Positions 34,724-46,699 of a DNA stretch of 64,000 nucleotides are shown here, one piece after another. Origin of the DNA: an uncultured bacterium (GTDB lineage Bacteria > Pseudomonadota > Alphaproteobacteria > UBA8366 > JADFVY01); NCBI GenBank assembly GCA_965603635.1, contig CBFDDT010000004.1, positions 927 to 64,926 on the forward strand, written 5' to 3'. The translations under genes and the position numbers were made by a program. How positions within the stretch are numbered: the stretch's first letter is position 1; the number at the start of each line of letters is the position of its first letter. The notes under the pieces are model-generated. The model was not told where the DNA came from and did no database searches. It saw only the letters and a list, made by a program, of their open reading frames with translations.

Positions 34724-36292
34724 ATGGCTAATTACGACAAGAACGACGATTCGGTCGTCGTGATCATCGGCTCCGGCGCGGGCGGTGGAACGCTCGCCAA
34801 CGAACTTTGCCAGAAGGGCGCCAGCGTCGTCGTTCTGGAAGCAGGCAAGAAACTGTCAACTGACGAATTCGTCAACGACGAATGGCCGGCCTTCAGCCAG
34901 ACCGCATGGCTGGACAAGCGCACCACGTCGGGAACCTGGCGCGTTGCCAAGGATTTCGCCGGGCTGCCGGCCTGGATCTGCAAAACAGTCGGCGGATCGA
35001 CGGTTCATTGGGCCGGCGCGTCGCTGCGCATCCAGGATCACGAATTCCGCGCACTCACGGAATATGGCGCGGTCAAGGGCGCCAATCTGCTCGACTGGCC
35101 GCTCACGTTGAAGGACCTGGAGCCGTACTATGCCAAGGCCGAGGACAAGATGGGCGTAACCCGCACCAACGGCATCCCCGGCCTGCCCGGCAACAATAAC
35201 TTCAAGGTCATGCATGCCGGGGCGACCAAACTGGGCTACAAGAACGTCCATACCGGCAACATGGCGATCAACAGCCGCGAGCGTGACGGGCGCAGTTCCT
35301 GCAAGCAGCTAGGCTTCTGTTTCCAGGGCTGCAAGATGGGCGCGAAATGGTCGACGCTCTATGCCGAGATACCCAAGGCGGAAGCCACGGGCAAGCTGGA
35401 TTTGCGCCCCGAAAGCCATGTGCTGCAGATCCAGCATGACAAGGCGGGCAAGGCCAACGGCGTGCTCTATGCCGACAAGGACGGCAACCAGCATGTCCAG
35501 AAGGCCCGCGTCGTCTGTGTCGCCGGCAACTCCATCGAGACGCCGCGGTTGCTGCTGAACTCGGCCTCGTCCCAGTTTTCCGATGGGCTGGCGAACAGTT
35601 CGGGCCAGGTCGGCCGGAACTATATGCGCCACATGACCGGGTCGGTCTACGCCACCTTCGACAAGCCGGTGAACATGCATCGCGGCACCACCATGGCCGG
35701 CATCATCACCGACGAATCGCGCCACGATCCCTCGCGTGGTTTCGTCGGCGGTTACGAGATGGAGACCCTGTCGCTGGGCCTGCCCTTCATGGCGGCCTTC
35801 CTGAATCCGGGCGACTGGGGGCCGGATTTCGCCTCCGCCATGGACGCCTACAACCACATGGCCGGCATGTGGCTGGTCGGCGAGGACATGCCGCAGGAAA
35901 GCAACCGCATCTCCCTGCATGCCAGCGAAAAGGACCAATACGGCCTGCCGGCGCCCAATGTCCATTTCGACGACCACCCCAACGACGTCGCCATGCGCGA
36001 GCATGCCTTCACCCAAGGCTCGGCGGTGTACGAGGCGGCCGGCGCGAAGCGGACCATCCGCACCCCGCCCTATCCCTCGACGCATAATCTCGGCACCTGC
36101 CGGATGAGCGCCAAGGCGAAGGACGGCGTTTGCAACAAGTGGGGCCAGACCCACGATATCGGCAATCTGTTCATTTCCGACGGCAGCCAGTTCACCACCG
36201 GCGGGGCGGAAAACCCGACCCTGACCATCGTGACGCTGGCGATCCGCCAGGCCGAGCATATCGCGGGCCAGATGAGCGCGGGCGCGCTGTAG
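34724..36292 (+). CDS. GMC-family flavoprotein oxidoreductase (large subunit)
   Basis: IIGSGAGGG, VGGSTVHW, Cys cluster CKQLGFCFQGC, TPRLLLNS, HNLGTCRM, ENPTLTI. Confidence 0.92.
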   Translation: MANYDKNDDSVVVIIGSGAGGGTLANELCQKGASVVVLEAGKKLSTDEFVNDEWPAFSQTAWLDKRTTSGTWRVAKDFAGLPAWICKTVGGSTVHWAGASLRIQDHEFRALTEYGAVKGANLLDWPLTLKDLEPYYAKAEDKMGVTRTNGIPGLPGNNNFKVMHAGATKLGYKNVHTGNMAINSRERDGRSSCKQLGFCFQGCKMGAKWSTLYAEIPKAEATGKLDLRPESHVLQIQHDKAGKANGVLYADKDGNQHVQKARVVCVAGNSIETPRLLLNSASSQFSDGLANSSGQVGRNYMRHMTGSVYATFDKPVNMHRGTTMAGIITDESRHDPSRGFVGGYEMETLSLGLPFMAAFLNPGDWGPDFASAMDAYNHMAGMWLVGEDMPQESNRISLHASEKDQYGLPAPNVHFDDHPNDVAMREHAFTQGSAVYEAAGAKRTIRTPPYPSTHNLGTCRMSAKAKDGVCNKWGQTHDIGNLFISDGSQFTTGGAENPTLTIVTLAIRQAEHIAGQMSAGAL

Positions 36293-36317
36293 GGAACGAA
36301 CCGCGTTCGAATATTTT

Positions 36318-36343
36318 AGGGCCCGGTGGCGACACCGGGCCCT
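36318..36343. terminator. Hairpin terminator between GMC and tex
   Basis: AGGGCCCGGTG-GCGA-CACCGGGCCCT followed by TATTTT. Confidence 0.75.
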
Positions 36344-36353
36344 TATTTTGTGA

Positions 36354-38726
36354 TCAGCTCCGCTTCTTCATTGCCTCGGCGAAGGCCGCGGCCAGGGCGC
36401 CGCCACCGGCGTCGGGTTTGGGGGCCGGCTTTCCGCCGCCTTTCGGGCCTTGCGGCGGGCGTGGATCCCTGCCCTTCGGCCCGCCCTTGGCCTGCCGTGG
36501 CTTGTCATTCGGGCGGCGGTCGTCGCGTTTTGGTTTTGGTTTCGCGGCGCCATCGTCCATTCGCATGCTGAGCGCGATGCGTTTGCGCGCCAGGTCGACC
36601 TCCATCACCTTGACCTTGACGATATCGCCGGGTCGCACCACCTCGCGCGGGTCCTTGACGAACTTGTCGGCCAGCACCGAGACATGGACCAGCCCGTCCT
36701 GATGCACGCCAACATCCACGAAGGCGCCGAAATCGACCACGTTGGTCACCACGCCTTCCAATATCATGCCGGGCTTGAGGTCGGAGACCTTCTCGACCCC
36801 CTCCATGAAGACCGCGGCCTTGAACTCGGGGCGCGGGTCGCGGCCGGGTTTTTCCAGTTCGCCCAGGATATCGCCCACCGTCGGTTCGCCGAAGGTCTCG
36901 TCGGTGAAGTCGGCGGGTTTGAGCGAACGCAGCACTTCGGCATTGCCGATCAGCGCATTGATATCCAACTCGGTTGCCGCCATGATTCGCCGCGCCACCG
37001 GATAGGCCTCTGGATGAACCGAGGACCGGTCCAGCGGGTCGTCGCCATCCATAATGCGCAGGAAACCGGCGCATTGCTCGAAGGCCTTGGGGCCGAGACC
37101 CGCGACCTTTTGCAGACCGGTCCGGCCGCGGAAGGCCCCCCCGGCGTCGCGTTGGGCGACGATGGCGCGCGACAGGGTCTCGCCGATGCCCGACACCCGG
37201 GCCAGCAGCGGGGCCGAGGCCGTGTTGACGTCCACGCCGACGGCGTTCACGCAATCCTCGACCACCGCGTCCAGGGTGCGGCCCAGCCTGGAATCGTTGA
37301 CGTCATGCTGGTACTGGCCGACGCCGATGGATTTCGGGTCGATTTTCACAAGCTCGGCCAACGGGTCCTGCAGCCGCCGCCCGATCGAGGCCGCGCCGCG
37401 CAGCAACACGTCCACATCGGGAAATTCCTGCGAGGCGAAGGCGGAGGCCGAATAAACCGACGCGCCAGCCTCCGACACCATGATCTTGGTCAGCTTGGCG
37501 TCCGGGTGTTTGGCGATCAGCTCGGCGGCCAGTTTCTCGGTTTCGCGCGACGCAGTGCCATTGCCGATGGCGATCAGCTCGCAGGCATGCTTGGCGCAGA
37601 GCGCCGCCAGAATATGGATCGACTCGTCCCATTTCTTTTGCGGCTCATGGGGATAGATCGTCGCGGTCTCGACCAGCTTGCCCTGCGCATCCATCACCGC
37701 CACCTTCACGCCGGTGCGGAACCCGGGGTCCAGCGCCAGGGTGGCGCGCTGCCCGGCGGGCGCCGCCAGCAGCAGGTCGCGCAGGTTCTCGGCGAAGACG
37801 CGGATGGCGCTTTCCTCGGCCGCTTCCCACAGGCGGCGCAGCAGCTCCACCTCGACATGCAGGGAGATTTTCACCCGCCAGGCCCAGCGGGCGCAGCCCA
37901 GCAGCCACTTATCCGCCGCGCGGCCCTGATCGGACAAGCCGAAATGGCGCGCCACCATGGCCTCGCAGGGGTGAACCGCGCCGGGTGTCTCGTCGAGATT
38001 GGGCACGGCTATGGTAACGCTCAGCACCTCTTCCTTGCGGCCGCGGAAGACCGCCAGCGAGCGATGCGGCGGGATCTTCGCCACCGCCTCGGAGTGATTG
38101 AAATAGTCGGAGAATTTGGCGCCGTCCTTCTCCTTGCCCTCGGCGACGCGCGCCGTCAGATGGGCGTTGTCCCACAAATAGTCGCGGATCGAACCGACCA
38201 GATCGGCATCCTCGGCGAAGCGTTCGGCCAGGATATCGCGCGCGCCTTCCAGCGCGGCGGCGACGTCGGCGACGTTCTTCCCGGCATCCACATAGGGCTC
38301 GGCCGCCTGTTCGGGGACCAGCGCGGGGTCGGCCAGCAGCGCGTCGGCCAGCGGCTCCAGCCCGGCTTCGCGGGCGATCATCGCCTTGGTGCGGCGCTTC
38401 TGCTTGTAGGGCAGATAGAGGTCTTCCAGCCGCGCCTTGGTATCGGCCTCGCCGATCCGGGCGCCGAGTTCCTCGGTGAGCTTGCCCTGCTCCTCGATGC
38501 TCTTCAGGATCGCGGCGCGGCGCTCCTCCATCTCGCGCAGATAGACCAGCCGCTCCTCCAGCGTACGAAGCTGTATATCGTCCAGCCCGCCGGTGGCCTC
38601 CTTGCGATAACGCGCGACGAAGGGAACCGTCGACCCCCCGTCCAGCAACCCAACCGTGGCCGCGACCTGTTCGATGCGAACCCCAAGTTCCCCGGCGATC
38701 CGCCCCTCGATACTCGTAATGCTCAA
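36354..38726 (-). CDS. tex: Tex family transcription accessory protein
   Basis: [59 protein letters not shown]-terminal S1 domain; TTG start inferred. Confidence 0.95.
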   Translation of the reverse strand: MSITSIEGRIAGELGVRIEQVAATVGLLDGGSTVPFVARYRKEATGGLDDIQLRTLEERLVYLREMEERRAAILKSIEEQGKLTEELGARIGEADTKARLEDLYLPYKQKRRTKAMIAREAGLEPLADALLADPALVPEQAAEPYVDAGKNVADVAAALEGARDILAERFAEDADLVGSIRDYLWDNAHLTARVAEGKEKDGAKFSDYFNHSEAVAKIPPHRSLAVFRGRKEEVLSVTIAVPNLDETPGAVHPCEAMVARHFGLSDQGRAADKWLLGCARWAWRVKISLHVEVELLRRLWEAAEESAIRVFAENLRDLLLAAPAGQRATLALDPGFRTGVKVAVMDAQGKLVETATIYPHEPQKKWDESIHILAALCAKHACELIAIGNGTASRETEKLAAELIAKHPDAKLTKIMVSEAGASVYSASAFASQEFPDVDVLLRGAASIGRRLQDPLAELVKIDPKSIGVGQYQHDVNDSRLGRTLDAVVEDCVNAVGVDVNTASAPLLARVSGIGETLSRAIVAQRDAGGAFRGRTGLQKVAGLGPKAFEQCAGFLRIMDGDDPLDRSSVHPEAYPVARRIMAATELDINALIGNAEVLRSLKPADFTDETFGEPTVGDILGELEKPGRDPRPEFKAAVFMEGVEKVSDLKPGMILEGVVTNVVDFGAFVDVGVHQDGLVHVSVLADKFVKDPREVVRPGDIVKVKVMEVDLARKRIALSMRMDDGAAKPKPKRDDRRPNDKPRQAKGGPKGRDPRPPQGPKGGGKPAPKPDAGGGALAAAFAEAMKKRS

Positions 38727-38954
38727 CGCGATTCCTCTCGATCCATGTGGGTGAACCGGATAGCCGATGGACGGGCGGGGGGCAAGGGGGCACTGTGGCC
38801 AAAAACGCGGGTTCGAGCCCATGCGCCAGGGTTTTCCGCAGGTTTCAACGCCTGGTTCAGACGCGGTATCTGCGCGTTATACGATAGGCAGATGGGTGCC
38901 AATGCAATAGTGTTGGTTTGATCCGCGGCGGCTGGCAAGGGATAGCACGCAAGA

Positions 38955-39590
38955 ATGGCAAAGGGAAAGATCGTCGACTGGAAGTTGGACCGCGGTTTCG
39001 GCTTCGTCCGGCCGCATGATGGCGGCCGCGACGTTTTCCTGCATATCAGCGATATCCGGCATGACGATTACGAGCCGAAAATCGGCGATGAGGTCAGCTT
39101 TTCCCTGAAACAGGATGCTCAAGGGAGGCAGCGGGCGGAAATGGTTATCGTCGCCGGTGTCCGGCGATCTCGGGCCGATATCCAGCGATCCCGTAATAAA
39201 TGGGCTGACGTACTTGCCGTGCTGGTTCCGGCCATATTTTTTCTGGGTTTGTACGGCATGGACGAATATCGGCCGGTCCTGTTTGTCTATCTCGGCATGA
39301 GCGTCGCGGCCGTTATCGCCTATGCCATCGACAAGCAGAGTGCCATGTCCGGGGGTTGGCGTACCTCGGAGGCAACGCTGCACTCGATCGACCTTTTAGG
39401 GGGCTGGCCCGGTGCGATTCTGGCGCAACTGCTGTTCCGGCACAAAACGCGCAAACCCTCATTCCAGTTCGTCTTCTGGATGATCGTCGCCGCCCATATC
39501 GGCTTTTGGGCCTGGCTACAGATAACGGGCCAGCCGCTCGACGAACTCGTTGGGCTGCTCCTTAAAATCGCGGATGCGATCTCGCGATAG
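38955..39590 (+). CDS. Cold-shock domain + DUF1294 membrane protein
   Basis: W..DRGFGF, DVFLHIS; DK..A..GGWRT.EATLH...LLGGWPGA..AQ..FRHKT.K. Confidence 0.9.
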   Translation: MAKGKIVDWKLDRGFGFVRPHDGGRDVFLHISDIRHDDYEPKIGDEVSFSLKQDAQGRQRAEMVIVAGVRRSRADIQRSRNKWADVLAVLVPAIFFLGLYGMDEYRPVLFVYLGMSVAAVIAYAIDKQSAMSGGWRTSEATLHSIDLLGGWPGAILAQLLFRHKTRKPSFQFVFWMIVAAHIGFWAWLQITGQPLDELVGLLLKIADAISR

Positions 39591-39627
39591 TCTGTTGGCG
39601 CAGTGTAAGTTGACCGGTCCCCGTGCC

Positions 39628-40119
39628 TCACCGGCTCACCCGCTCCACCGCCCCTTCCTCCGGCGCGGGCAATTCGAACCTGTCTTCCATGAAATCGAAC
39701 ATGCCGTCTGTGACTTCGAAGGCAAAGGTTTCGCTGCGGTCGTGGTTGCGCTGGCGGACGCGGTCCAGGCGTAGCTCGCGGGCGGCCGTGACGTGGTGCA
39801 GGGAGACCTCGTGCCCCGCCTCCACTGCCTGCGCGCGGAAGCGGTCGCGTTGTTCGCGAGTGGTGAAACCCAGATCGAGCACGATATCGCGGCCGGCGGC
39901 GAGCGTGGCCAGGCCGGTCTGCCAGATCTGCGCCTCGCAACGCCCTACCCGCTCGATCGCCCATTCGAAGGTCAGCGGGTCGGGCGTATCGGCGGCGAAC
40001 AGGTTGGCCATCCACTCGTCGATGGAAAAGCGTACCGCACCGCGCTCCGTCGCCAGCCCCCGCGCGAAGGTCGTCTTCCCCGCCCCGGTGAGGCCGCAGA
40101 TCAGGTGGACCGCGGGCAT
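39628..40119 (-). CDS. P-loop kinase / AAA-family ATP-binding protein
   Basis: HLICGLTGAGKTT, SIDEWM, VLDLGF, RV.QRN, FELP. Confidence 0.85.
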   Translation of the reverse strand: MPAVHLICGLTGAGKTTFARGLATERGAVRFSIDEWMANLFAADTPDPLTFEWAIERVGRCEAQIWQTGLATLAAGRDIVLDLGFTTREQRDRFRAQAVEAGHEVSLHHVTAARELRLDRVRQRNHDRSETFAFEVTDGMFDFMEDRFELPAPEEGAVERVSR

Positions 40120-40171
40120 GGTTTCGGTTCCTTGTTCCTGGCGATGAGGGGCGATGGATATTTCGGCGCGA

Positions 40172-40217
40172 CCTCGTCCTTCGAGACGGTTGCTTCGCAA
40201 CCTCCTCAGGATGAGGA
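40172..40217. repeat. Alphaproteobacterial REP/RPE-like palindromic element
   Basis: Minus strand TCCTCATCCTGAGGAGGTTGCGAAGCAACCGTCTCGAAGGACGAGG, the 'CATCCTGAGGAG...CGTCTCGAAGG' type; single copy in this window. Confidence 0.7.
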
Positions 40218-40332
40218 ATCAAATATTATTATACGGGGTAAAAACGGATATGCACGCCTCAACCGGACGTGGGCCGATGGCCGGTCTCGATGGACGCGGT
40301 CGCGCGGTGCTGGAACCACATCGAACGCCGCG

Positions 40333-42249
<1,917 letters not shown>

Positions 42250-42361
42250 TCGTTCCTCCCTGTCTGGTCCGGGTGGCCGCGCGGGATGGCGCCTTTAAGG
42301 TCTTTGTTATCCCGTCGATTGGCAGGATAGACCACCCTTGGCCGGATAAGCAAGCAGACGA

Positions 42362-42412
42362 CTGTATCGGCCTGAGACAGTCGCTGTCTCAGGGACTGTC
42401 CCGTTGAGACAG
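42362..42412. promoter_or_regulatory. Probable AcoR upstream activator sites
   Basis: Clustered CTGTCTCA/TGAGACAG half-sites: CTGAGACAG-TCG-CTGTCTCAG and CTGTCCCGTTGAGACAG. Confidence 0.7.
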
Positions 42413-42422
42413 CGAAATCACA

Positions 42423-42435
42423 TAATATATTGATT
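42423..42435 (-). promoter_or_regulatory. IHF site
   Basis: Minus strand AATCAATATATTA fits WATCAANNNNTTR; lies between the activator sites and the sigma54 promoter. Confidence 0.65.
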
Positions 42436-42452
42436 TAACGCCATAAAAACGG

Positions 42453-42468
42453 CGGCACATGTCTTGCT
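42453..42468 (+). promoter_or_regulatory. Sigma54 -24/-12 promoter of acoABC
   Basis: CGGCACATGTCTTGCT with GG-N10-GC spacing. Confidence 0.8.
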
Positions 42469-42528
42469 ACATATGACTCTGCCGGCTGACCAATAGCCGG
42501 GGCAACATGGCAACAAGGGAGAGCGACC

Positions 42529-43494
42529 ATGCAGCTAAGCAGGGAACAATTACTGGAATCCTACCGGCAGATGCGAACGATCCGCGAATTCGAGGATCGC
42601 GTGCATGACGAATTCGCCACGGGCAATATTCCGGGTTTCGTGCATCTCTATGCCGGCGAGGAGGCCTCGGCGGCCGGCGTCTGCGCCGAGTTGAGCGACA
42701 AGGACTATATCGCGTCCACCCATCGCGGCCATGGCCACTGCATCGCCAAGGGATGCGACGTGAAGGCGATGATGAAAGAGATTTACGGCGCGCGCGACGG
42801 GTTGTGCGGCGGCAAGGGCGGCTCGATGCATATCGCCGACCTGTCGAAGGGCATGATGGGCGCCAACGGCATCGTCGGCGGTGGACCGCCGCTGGTCTGC
42901 GGCGCGGCGCTGACCGCCAAGACCCTCAAGACGGGCGGCGTCGCCATCGCCTTCGTCGGGGATGGCGCATCGAACCAGGGAACGACGCTGGAATCATACA
43001 ATCTGGCCTCGGTATGGAACCTGCCGGCGATCTTCGTCGTCGAGGACAACGGCTATGCCGAGACGACGGCCAGCGGCTGGTCGGTCGGCGGCTGCCCGGT
43101 CGATCGCGCCAAGGGCTTCGGCATGCCGGGAGTAGAGGTCGACGGGCTGGACTTCTTTGCCGTCAACGCCGCCGCGCGCGAGGCGGTGGACCGCGCCAGG
43201 GCCGGCGACGGACCGTCGCTGATCCACGTCAAGCTGAACCGCTATTTCGGCCATTTTGAGGGCGACGCCCAGAGCTATCGCGCCGACGGCGAGACCGACC
43301 GCCTGCGCAAGGAATTCGATGCGCTGTCCTTCTTCCGCCAGAAGGTGACCGCGGCCGGACTTCTGGAGGCGAGTGAGCTCGACGACATCGACAGCAAGGT
43401 TGGCAGCCTGATCGACCAGGCGGTGTCCGAGGCGGAAAACGCGCCGCGCGGGACCGACGCCGATCTGCTGACCGACGTTTATCTGAATTACTGA
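42529..43494 (+). CDS. acoA: Acetoin dehydrogenase E1 alpha subunit
   Basis: IPGFVHLYAGEEA, STHRGHGH, GKGGSMH, TPP motif GDGA...N, GHFEGD. Confidence 0.93.
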   Translation: MQLSREQLLESYRQMRTIREFEDRVHDEFATGNIPGFVHLYAGEEASAAGVCAELSDKDYIASTHRGHGHCIAKGCDVKAMMKEIYGARDGLCGGKGGSMHIADLSKGMMGANGIVGGGPPLVCGAALTAKTLKTGGVAIAFVGDGASNQGTTLESYNLASVWNLPAIFVVEDNGYAETTASGWSVGGCPVDRAKGFGMPGVEVDGLDFFAVNAAAREAVDRARAGDGPSLIHVKLNRYFGHFEGDAQSYRADGETDRLRKEFDALSFFRQKVTAAGLLEASELDDIDSKVGSLIDQAVSEAENAPRGTDADLLTDVYLNY

Positions 43495-43507
43495 GGGAGG
43501 ATTTGAA

Positions 43508-44515
43508 ATGGCTAAAAAAACCTATCGCGAAGCCATCAACGACGCGATCCGGCTGGAAATGCGCCGCGACGAGCGCGTCATCGTCATGGGCGAGGACAAT
43601 GCCGGCGGCATGGGCGCGGCCGGCGAGGACGACGCCTGGGGTGGCGTGCTTGGCGTTACCAAGGGGCTGATGCCGGAATTCGGCCGCGAGCGCGTGCTCG
43701 ATACGCCGATCTCCGAAAGCGCTTTCATCGGCTCGGCGGTGGGCGCGGCGGCGACCGGGCTGCGGCCGGTGGCGGAGCTGATGTTCGTCGATTTCATGGG
43801 CGTCTGCTTCGACCAGATTTTCAACCAGGCCGGCAAGTTCCGCTACATGTTCGGCGGCAAGGCGGTGACGCCGCTGGTCGTGCGCACCATGTACGGGGCC
43901 GGATTCAGGGCGGCCAGCCAGCACAGCCAGTGCCTCTATCCAATCTTTACCCATATCCCCGGACTGAAGGTCGTCATCCCGTCCTCGCCATACGAGGCCA
44001 AGGGACTGCTGATCCAGGCGATCCGCGACGACGACCCGGTCATCTTCTTTGAAAACAAGGCGCAGTACGACGATGTCGGCGATGTGCCGGACGAGGCCTA
44101 CACCATACCCTTCGGCGAGGCCAACATCACCCGCGAGGGCGGCGACATCACCATCGTCGCGATCGGCCGCATGGTCACGCTGGCCAATCAGGTGGCTGAC
44201 GACCTGGCGAAGGCCGGCAAGGCCGCAACGGTGATCGATCCGCGCACCACCTCGCCGCTCGACCTGGACTCGATCCTGGACTCGGTAGGCGAGACCGGCC
44301 GGCTGGTGGTGGTCGACGAGGCCAGCCCGCGCTGCGGCATGGCGGCCGATATCTCGTCGCAGGTCTGCGAGCACGCCTTCAGCGCCCTGAAGGCGCCGAT
44401 CAAGACGGTGACGCCGCCGCATACCCCGGTGCCCTTCGCCCCGGAACTGGAGGATGCCTATATCCCCAGCGTGGCGAAGATCCGCGCCGCAGCCGACGCG
44501 GTGCTGGCGGCCTGA
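43508..44515 (+). CDS. acoB: Acetoin dehydrogenase E1 beta subunit
   Basis: DAWGGVLGVTKGL, DTPISE, ELMFVDF, QHSQ, PHTPVPF. Confidence 0.93.
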   Translation: MAKKTYREAINDAIRLEMRRDERVIVMGEDNAGGMGAAGEDDAWGGVLGVTKGLMPEFGRERVLDTPISESAFIGSAVGAAATGLRPVAELMFVDFMGVCFDQIFNQAGKFRYMFGGKAVTPLVVRTMYGAGFRAASQHSQCLYPIFTHIPGLKVVIPSSPYEAKGLLIQAIRDDDPVIFFENKAQYDDVGDVPDEAYTIPFGEANITREGGDITIVAIGRMVTLANQVADDLAKAGKAATVIDPRTTSPLDLDSILDSVGETGRLVVVDEASPRCGMAADISSQVCEHAFSALKAPIKTVTPPHTPVPFAPELEDAYIPSVAKIRAAADAVLAA

Positions 44516-44531
44516 GGTTAGTCGAATTGGA

Positions 44532-44561
44532 GGGACAGCGGACCTTCGCGCCCGCTGTCCC
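44532..44561. other. Intercistronic hairpin between acoB and acoC
   Basis: GGGACAGCGG-N10-CCGCTGTCCC. Confidence 0.55.
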
Positions 44562-44596
44562 GTTCGGCTGCACGTAACAACGGAGATTTGACCGCG

Positions 44597-45721
44597 ATGG
44601 GAATCCAACCGCTGACCATGCCCAAATGGGGCCTGTCGATGACCGAAGGTCTGGTCAATGACTGGCTGGCCGAGGAAAGCGAAACGGTCGCCAAGACCCA
44701 GGACCTGGTGGAGATCGAAACCACCAAGATCAACAACGTCTTCGAATCGCCGATCGCCGGCACGCTGCGCCGTTACGTGGCCGCCGTGGGGGAAACCCTG
44801 CCGGTCGGCGCGCTGTTGGCTGTGTTCGCCGACGAGACCGTATCGGACGCCGACATAGACGCCTTCATCGCCGATTTCCAGGCCAATTTCGTGCCGCCGG
44901 AGGAAGACGAGGCGGAGGCCGACAGCGGCCCGCAAAGCATAGAGGTCGATGGCCGGCGCATCGTCTATCACGACCGCATGCCCGATCGCGAGGACGGTCC
45001 GCCGCTGGTCCTGCTGCATGGCTTTGGCGGCGACAAGGACAACTGGCTGTTCAATATCGACGCGCTGGCCGTGGGGCGGCGGGTGCTGGCGCTCGACCTG
45101 CCGGGGCATGGCGAGTCCGCCAAGGATATCGCGGGCGGCGACCTGGCGGCGCTGGCCGGCGTCGTACTGGCCTTCCTCGACGCGTTGAGCATCCCGCGCG
45201 CGCATCTGGCCGGCCACTCGCTGGGCGGGGCGGTCGCGATAGCCGCCGCCCGCGCGGCCCCGGAACGCGTCGCCTCGCTGTCGCTGATCGGCGCGGCCGG
45301 GCTGGGCGAAGGGGTGAACGACGATTACCTGACCGGCTTTATCGAGGCGCAGCGCCGCAAGGAATTGAAGACCGTGCTGCAGATGCTGTTCAACGATCCC
45401 GATCTGGTCGGCAAGGACATGCTGGAAGGCGTCTCGCGCTTCAAGCGCATGGATGGCGCCGACGCCGCGCTGCGCGCCATCCGCGATGCGGTGTTCCCCG
45501 GCGGCGTGGTCACGGAGGACGTGGCCGGCGCGCTGGCCGCCTATGACGGCCCGGTGCTGGCGATCTGGGGCGAGGCCGACCGCATCGTGCCACCGCCAAG
45601 CGGGGGCCTGTCAGGCGAGATCAGTGTGGAGATCATCCCCGCCGCCGGCCATATGCCGCAACTGGAGGCATCCTCGCGGGTCAATTCGTTGATGGATGAC
45701 TTTCTGACCGGCACGGCGTGA
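44597..45721 (+). CDS. acoC: Acetoin dehydrogenase E2 (lipoyl domain + alpha/beta hydrolase)
   Basis: MPKWGLSMTEG, lipoyl Lys ETTKI, LHGFGGD..NWLFN, GHSLGG, AGHMPQLE. Confidence 0.9.
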   Translation: MGIQPLTMPKWGLSMTEGLVNDWLAEESETVAKTQDLVEIETTKINNVFESPIAGTLRRYVAAVGETLPVGALLAVFADETVSDADIDAFIADFQANFVPPEEDEAEADSGPQSIEVDGRRIVYHDRMPDREDGPPLVLLHGFGGDKDNWLFNIDALAVGRRVLALDLPGHGESAKDIAGGDLAALAGVVLAFLDALSIPRAHLAGHSLGGAVAIAAARAAPERVASLSLIGAAGLGEGVNDDYLTGFIEAQRRKELKTVLQMLFNDPDLVGKDMLEGVSRFKRMDGADAALRAIRDAVFPGGVVTEDVAGALAAYDGPVLAIWGEADRIVPPPSGGLSGEISVEIIPAAGHMPQLEASSRVNSLMDDFLTGTA

Positions 45722-45737
45722 ACGTCGCCAGCGGCGG

Positions 45738-46313
45738 TCAGTCCCGAGGCGCCGCAACCTCCAGGAAACCGGCCATCGCCGCCGTGACGCCGGCCTGCCA
45801 GACCGGCATGGCCGCCATCCACAGCAGCGGCATCGCGATCATCACCCCGGCGAGGCTTCCCATGATCGCGCCGACCGCCAGCATGGCCGCGGGAACGATG
45901 ACGGCGCGGCCCCCCATCGCGACCAGCGGCAGCCGCAACATGGCCAGCCCGATAATCAGCCCGGCGATGCCGCCGAACATGACCCCCTGCATCGCTGACG
46001 TTAGCGGGTCGAAAATCATCCCCCAGTACCAGTCCATCGCCAGAAAGCCGATAACCAGCGCGATCGGCGGGGCGATGCGCAGGACGCGCGCCTGTTCGGT
46101 CGTGAAGCCGGCATCCCTGGTCAATTTCCGGGCCAGGTAATAACCGAGCAACAGGCCGTGCCCCAGCAGCATGACCGGTATGGCCGCGTCGCCCATGAAA
46201 ACCGATCCCAGAAACAGGATCGGAAAGGCGGCAACCATGACGCCGACGACCCCGGCCTCGCCGCCGGTAACGGCCATCCGGCCGATGAATTTCATGCGTT
46301 GTTCGCTTGTCAT
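45738..46313 (-). CDS. Hypothetical integral membrane protein
   Basis: 191 aa, about six hydrophobic segments; GGAG-like region upstream. Confidence 0.65.
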   Translation of the reverse strand: MTSEQRMKFIGRMAVTGGEAGVVGVMVAAFPILFLGSVFMGDAAIPVMLLGHGLLLGYYLARKLTRDAGFTTEQARVLRIAPPIALVIGFLAMDWYWGMIFDPLTSAMQGVMFGGIAGLIIGLAMLRLPLVAMGGRAVIVPAAMLAVGAIMGSLAGVMIAMPLLWMAAMPVWQAGVTAAMAGFLEVAAPRD

Positions 46314-46331
46314 GGAGTTTTCCCTTCGAAT

Positions 46332-46682
46332 TTATCCAGCGCCGGCACGAGCCTTTGTATAACGAATACTCTCCTCGATCCAAGGCGCAAGCGTATCATC
46401 GTCGCGGGCGAGTTTTTTCGGCAGCACGACATATTCTTTCTTGATAGGGCCCTTCGGGAAATAACGCAGCGGTTTGGCGCCGACCTCCATCAATTGTTGC
46501 CGCGCCTCGGCGGGAAGTTTCAGCGCCAGCCCGGCCGGCGTCAGGGACATGAAAATCCCGCCCCCGGCATAGGCCGCCGCGCCACTGAAGAAATGCCTGC
46601 ATTCAATGGCGACGCCCGGGGCCAGCGAAGGCGACGTGCGTTCCAGCAGGGACCGCAATTCCCGCAGCCAGGGTTCAGCCAT
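46332..46682 (-). CDS. TfoX/Sxy N-domain family protein
   Basis: RHFFSGAAAY..G.IF, LALKL, KEYVVLP, W..ES..Y. Confidence 0.75.
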   Translation of the reverse strand: MAEPWLRELRSLLERTSPSLAPGVAIECRHFFSGAAAYAGGGIFMSLTPAGLALKLPAEARQQLMEVGAKPLRYFPKGPIKKEYVVLPKKLARDDDTLAPWIEESIRYTKARAGAG

Positions 46683-46699
46683 TCAACGCCTCCCGCCCC

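Noticed and set aside
36450-38921. 823-aa plus-strand ORF
   Set aside because: Antisense shadow of tex.
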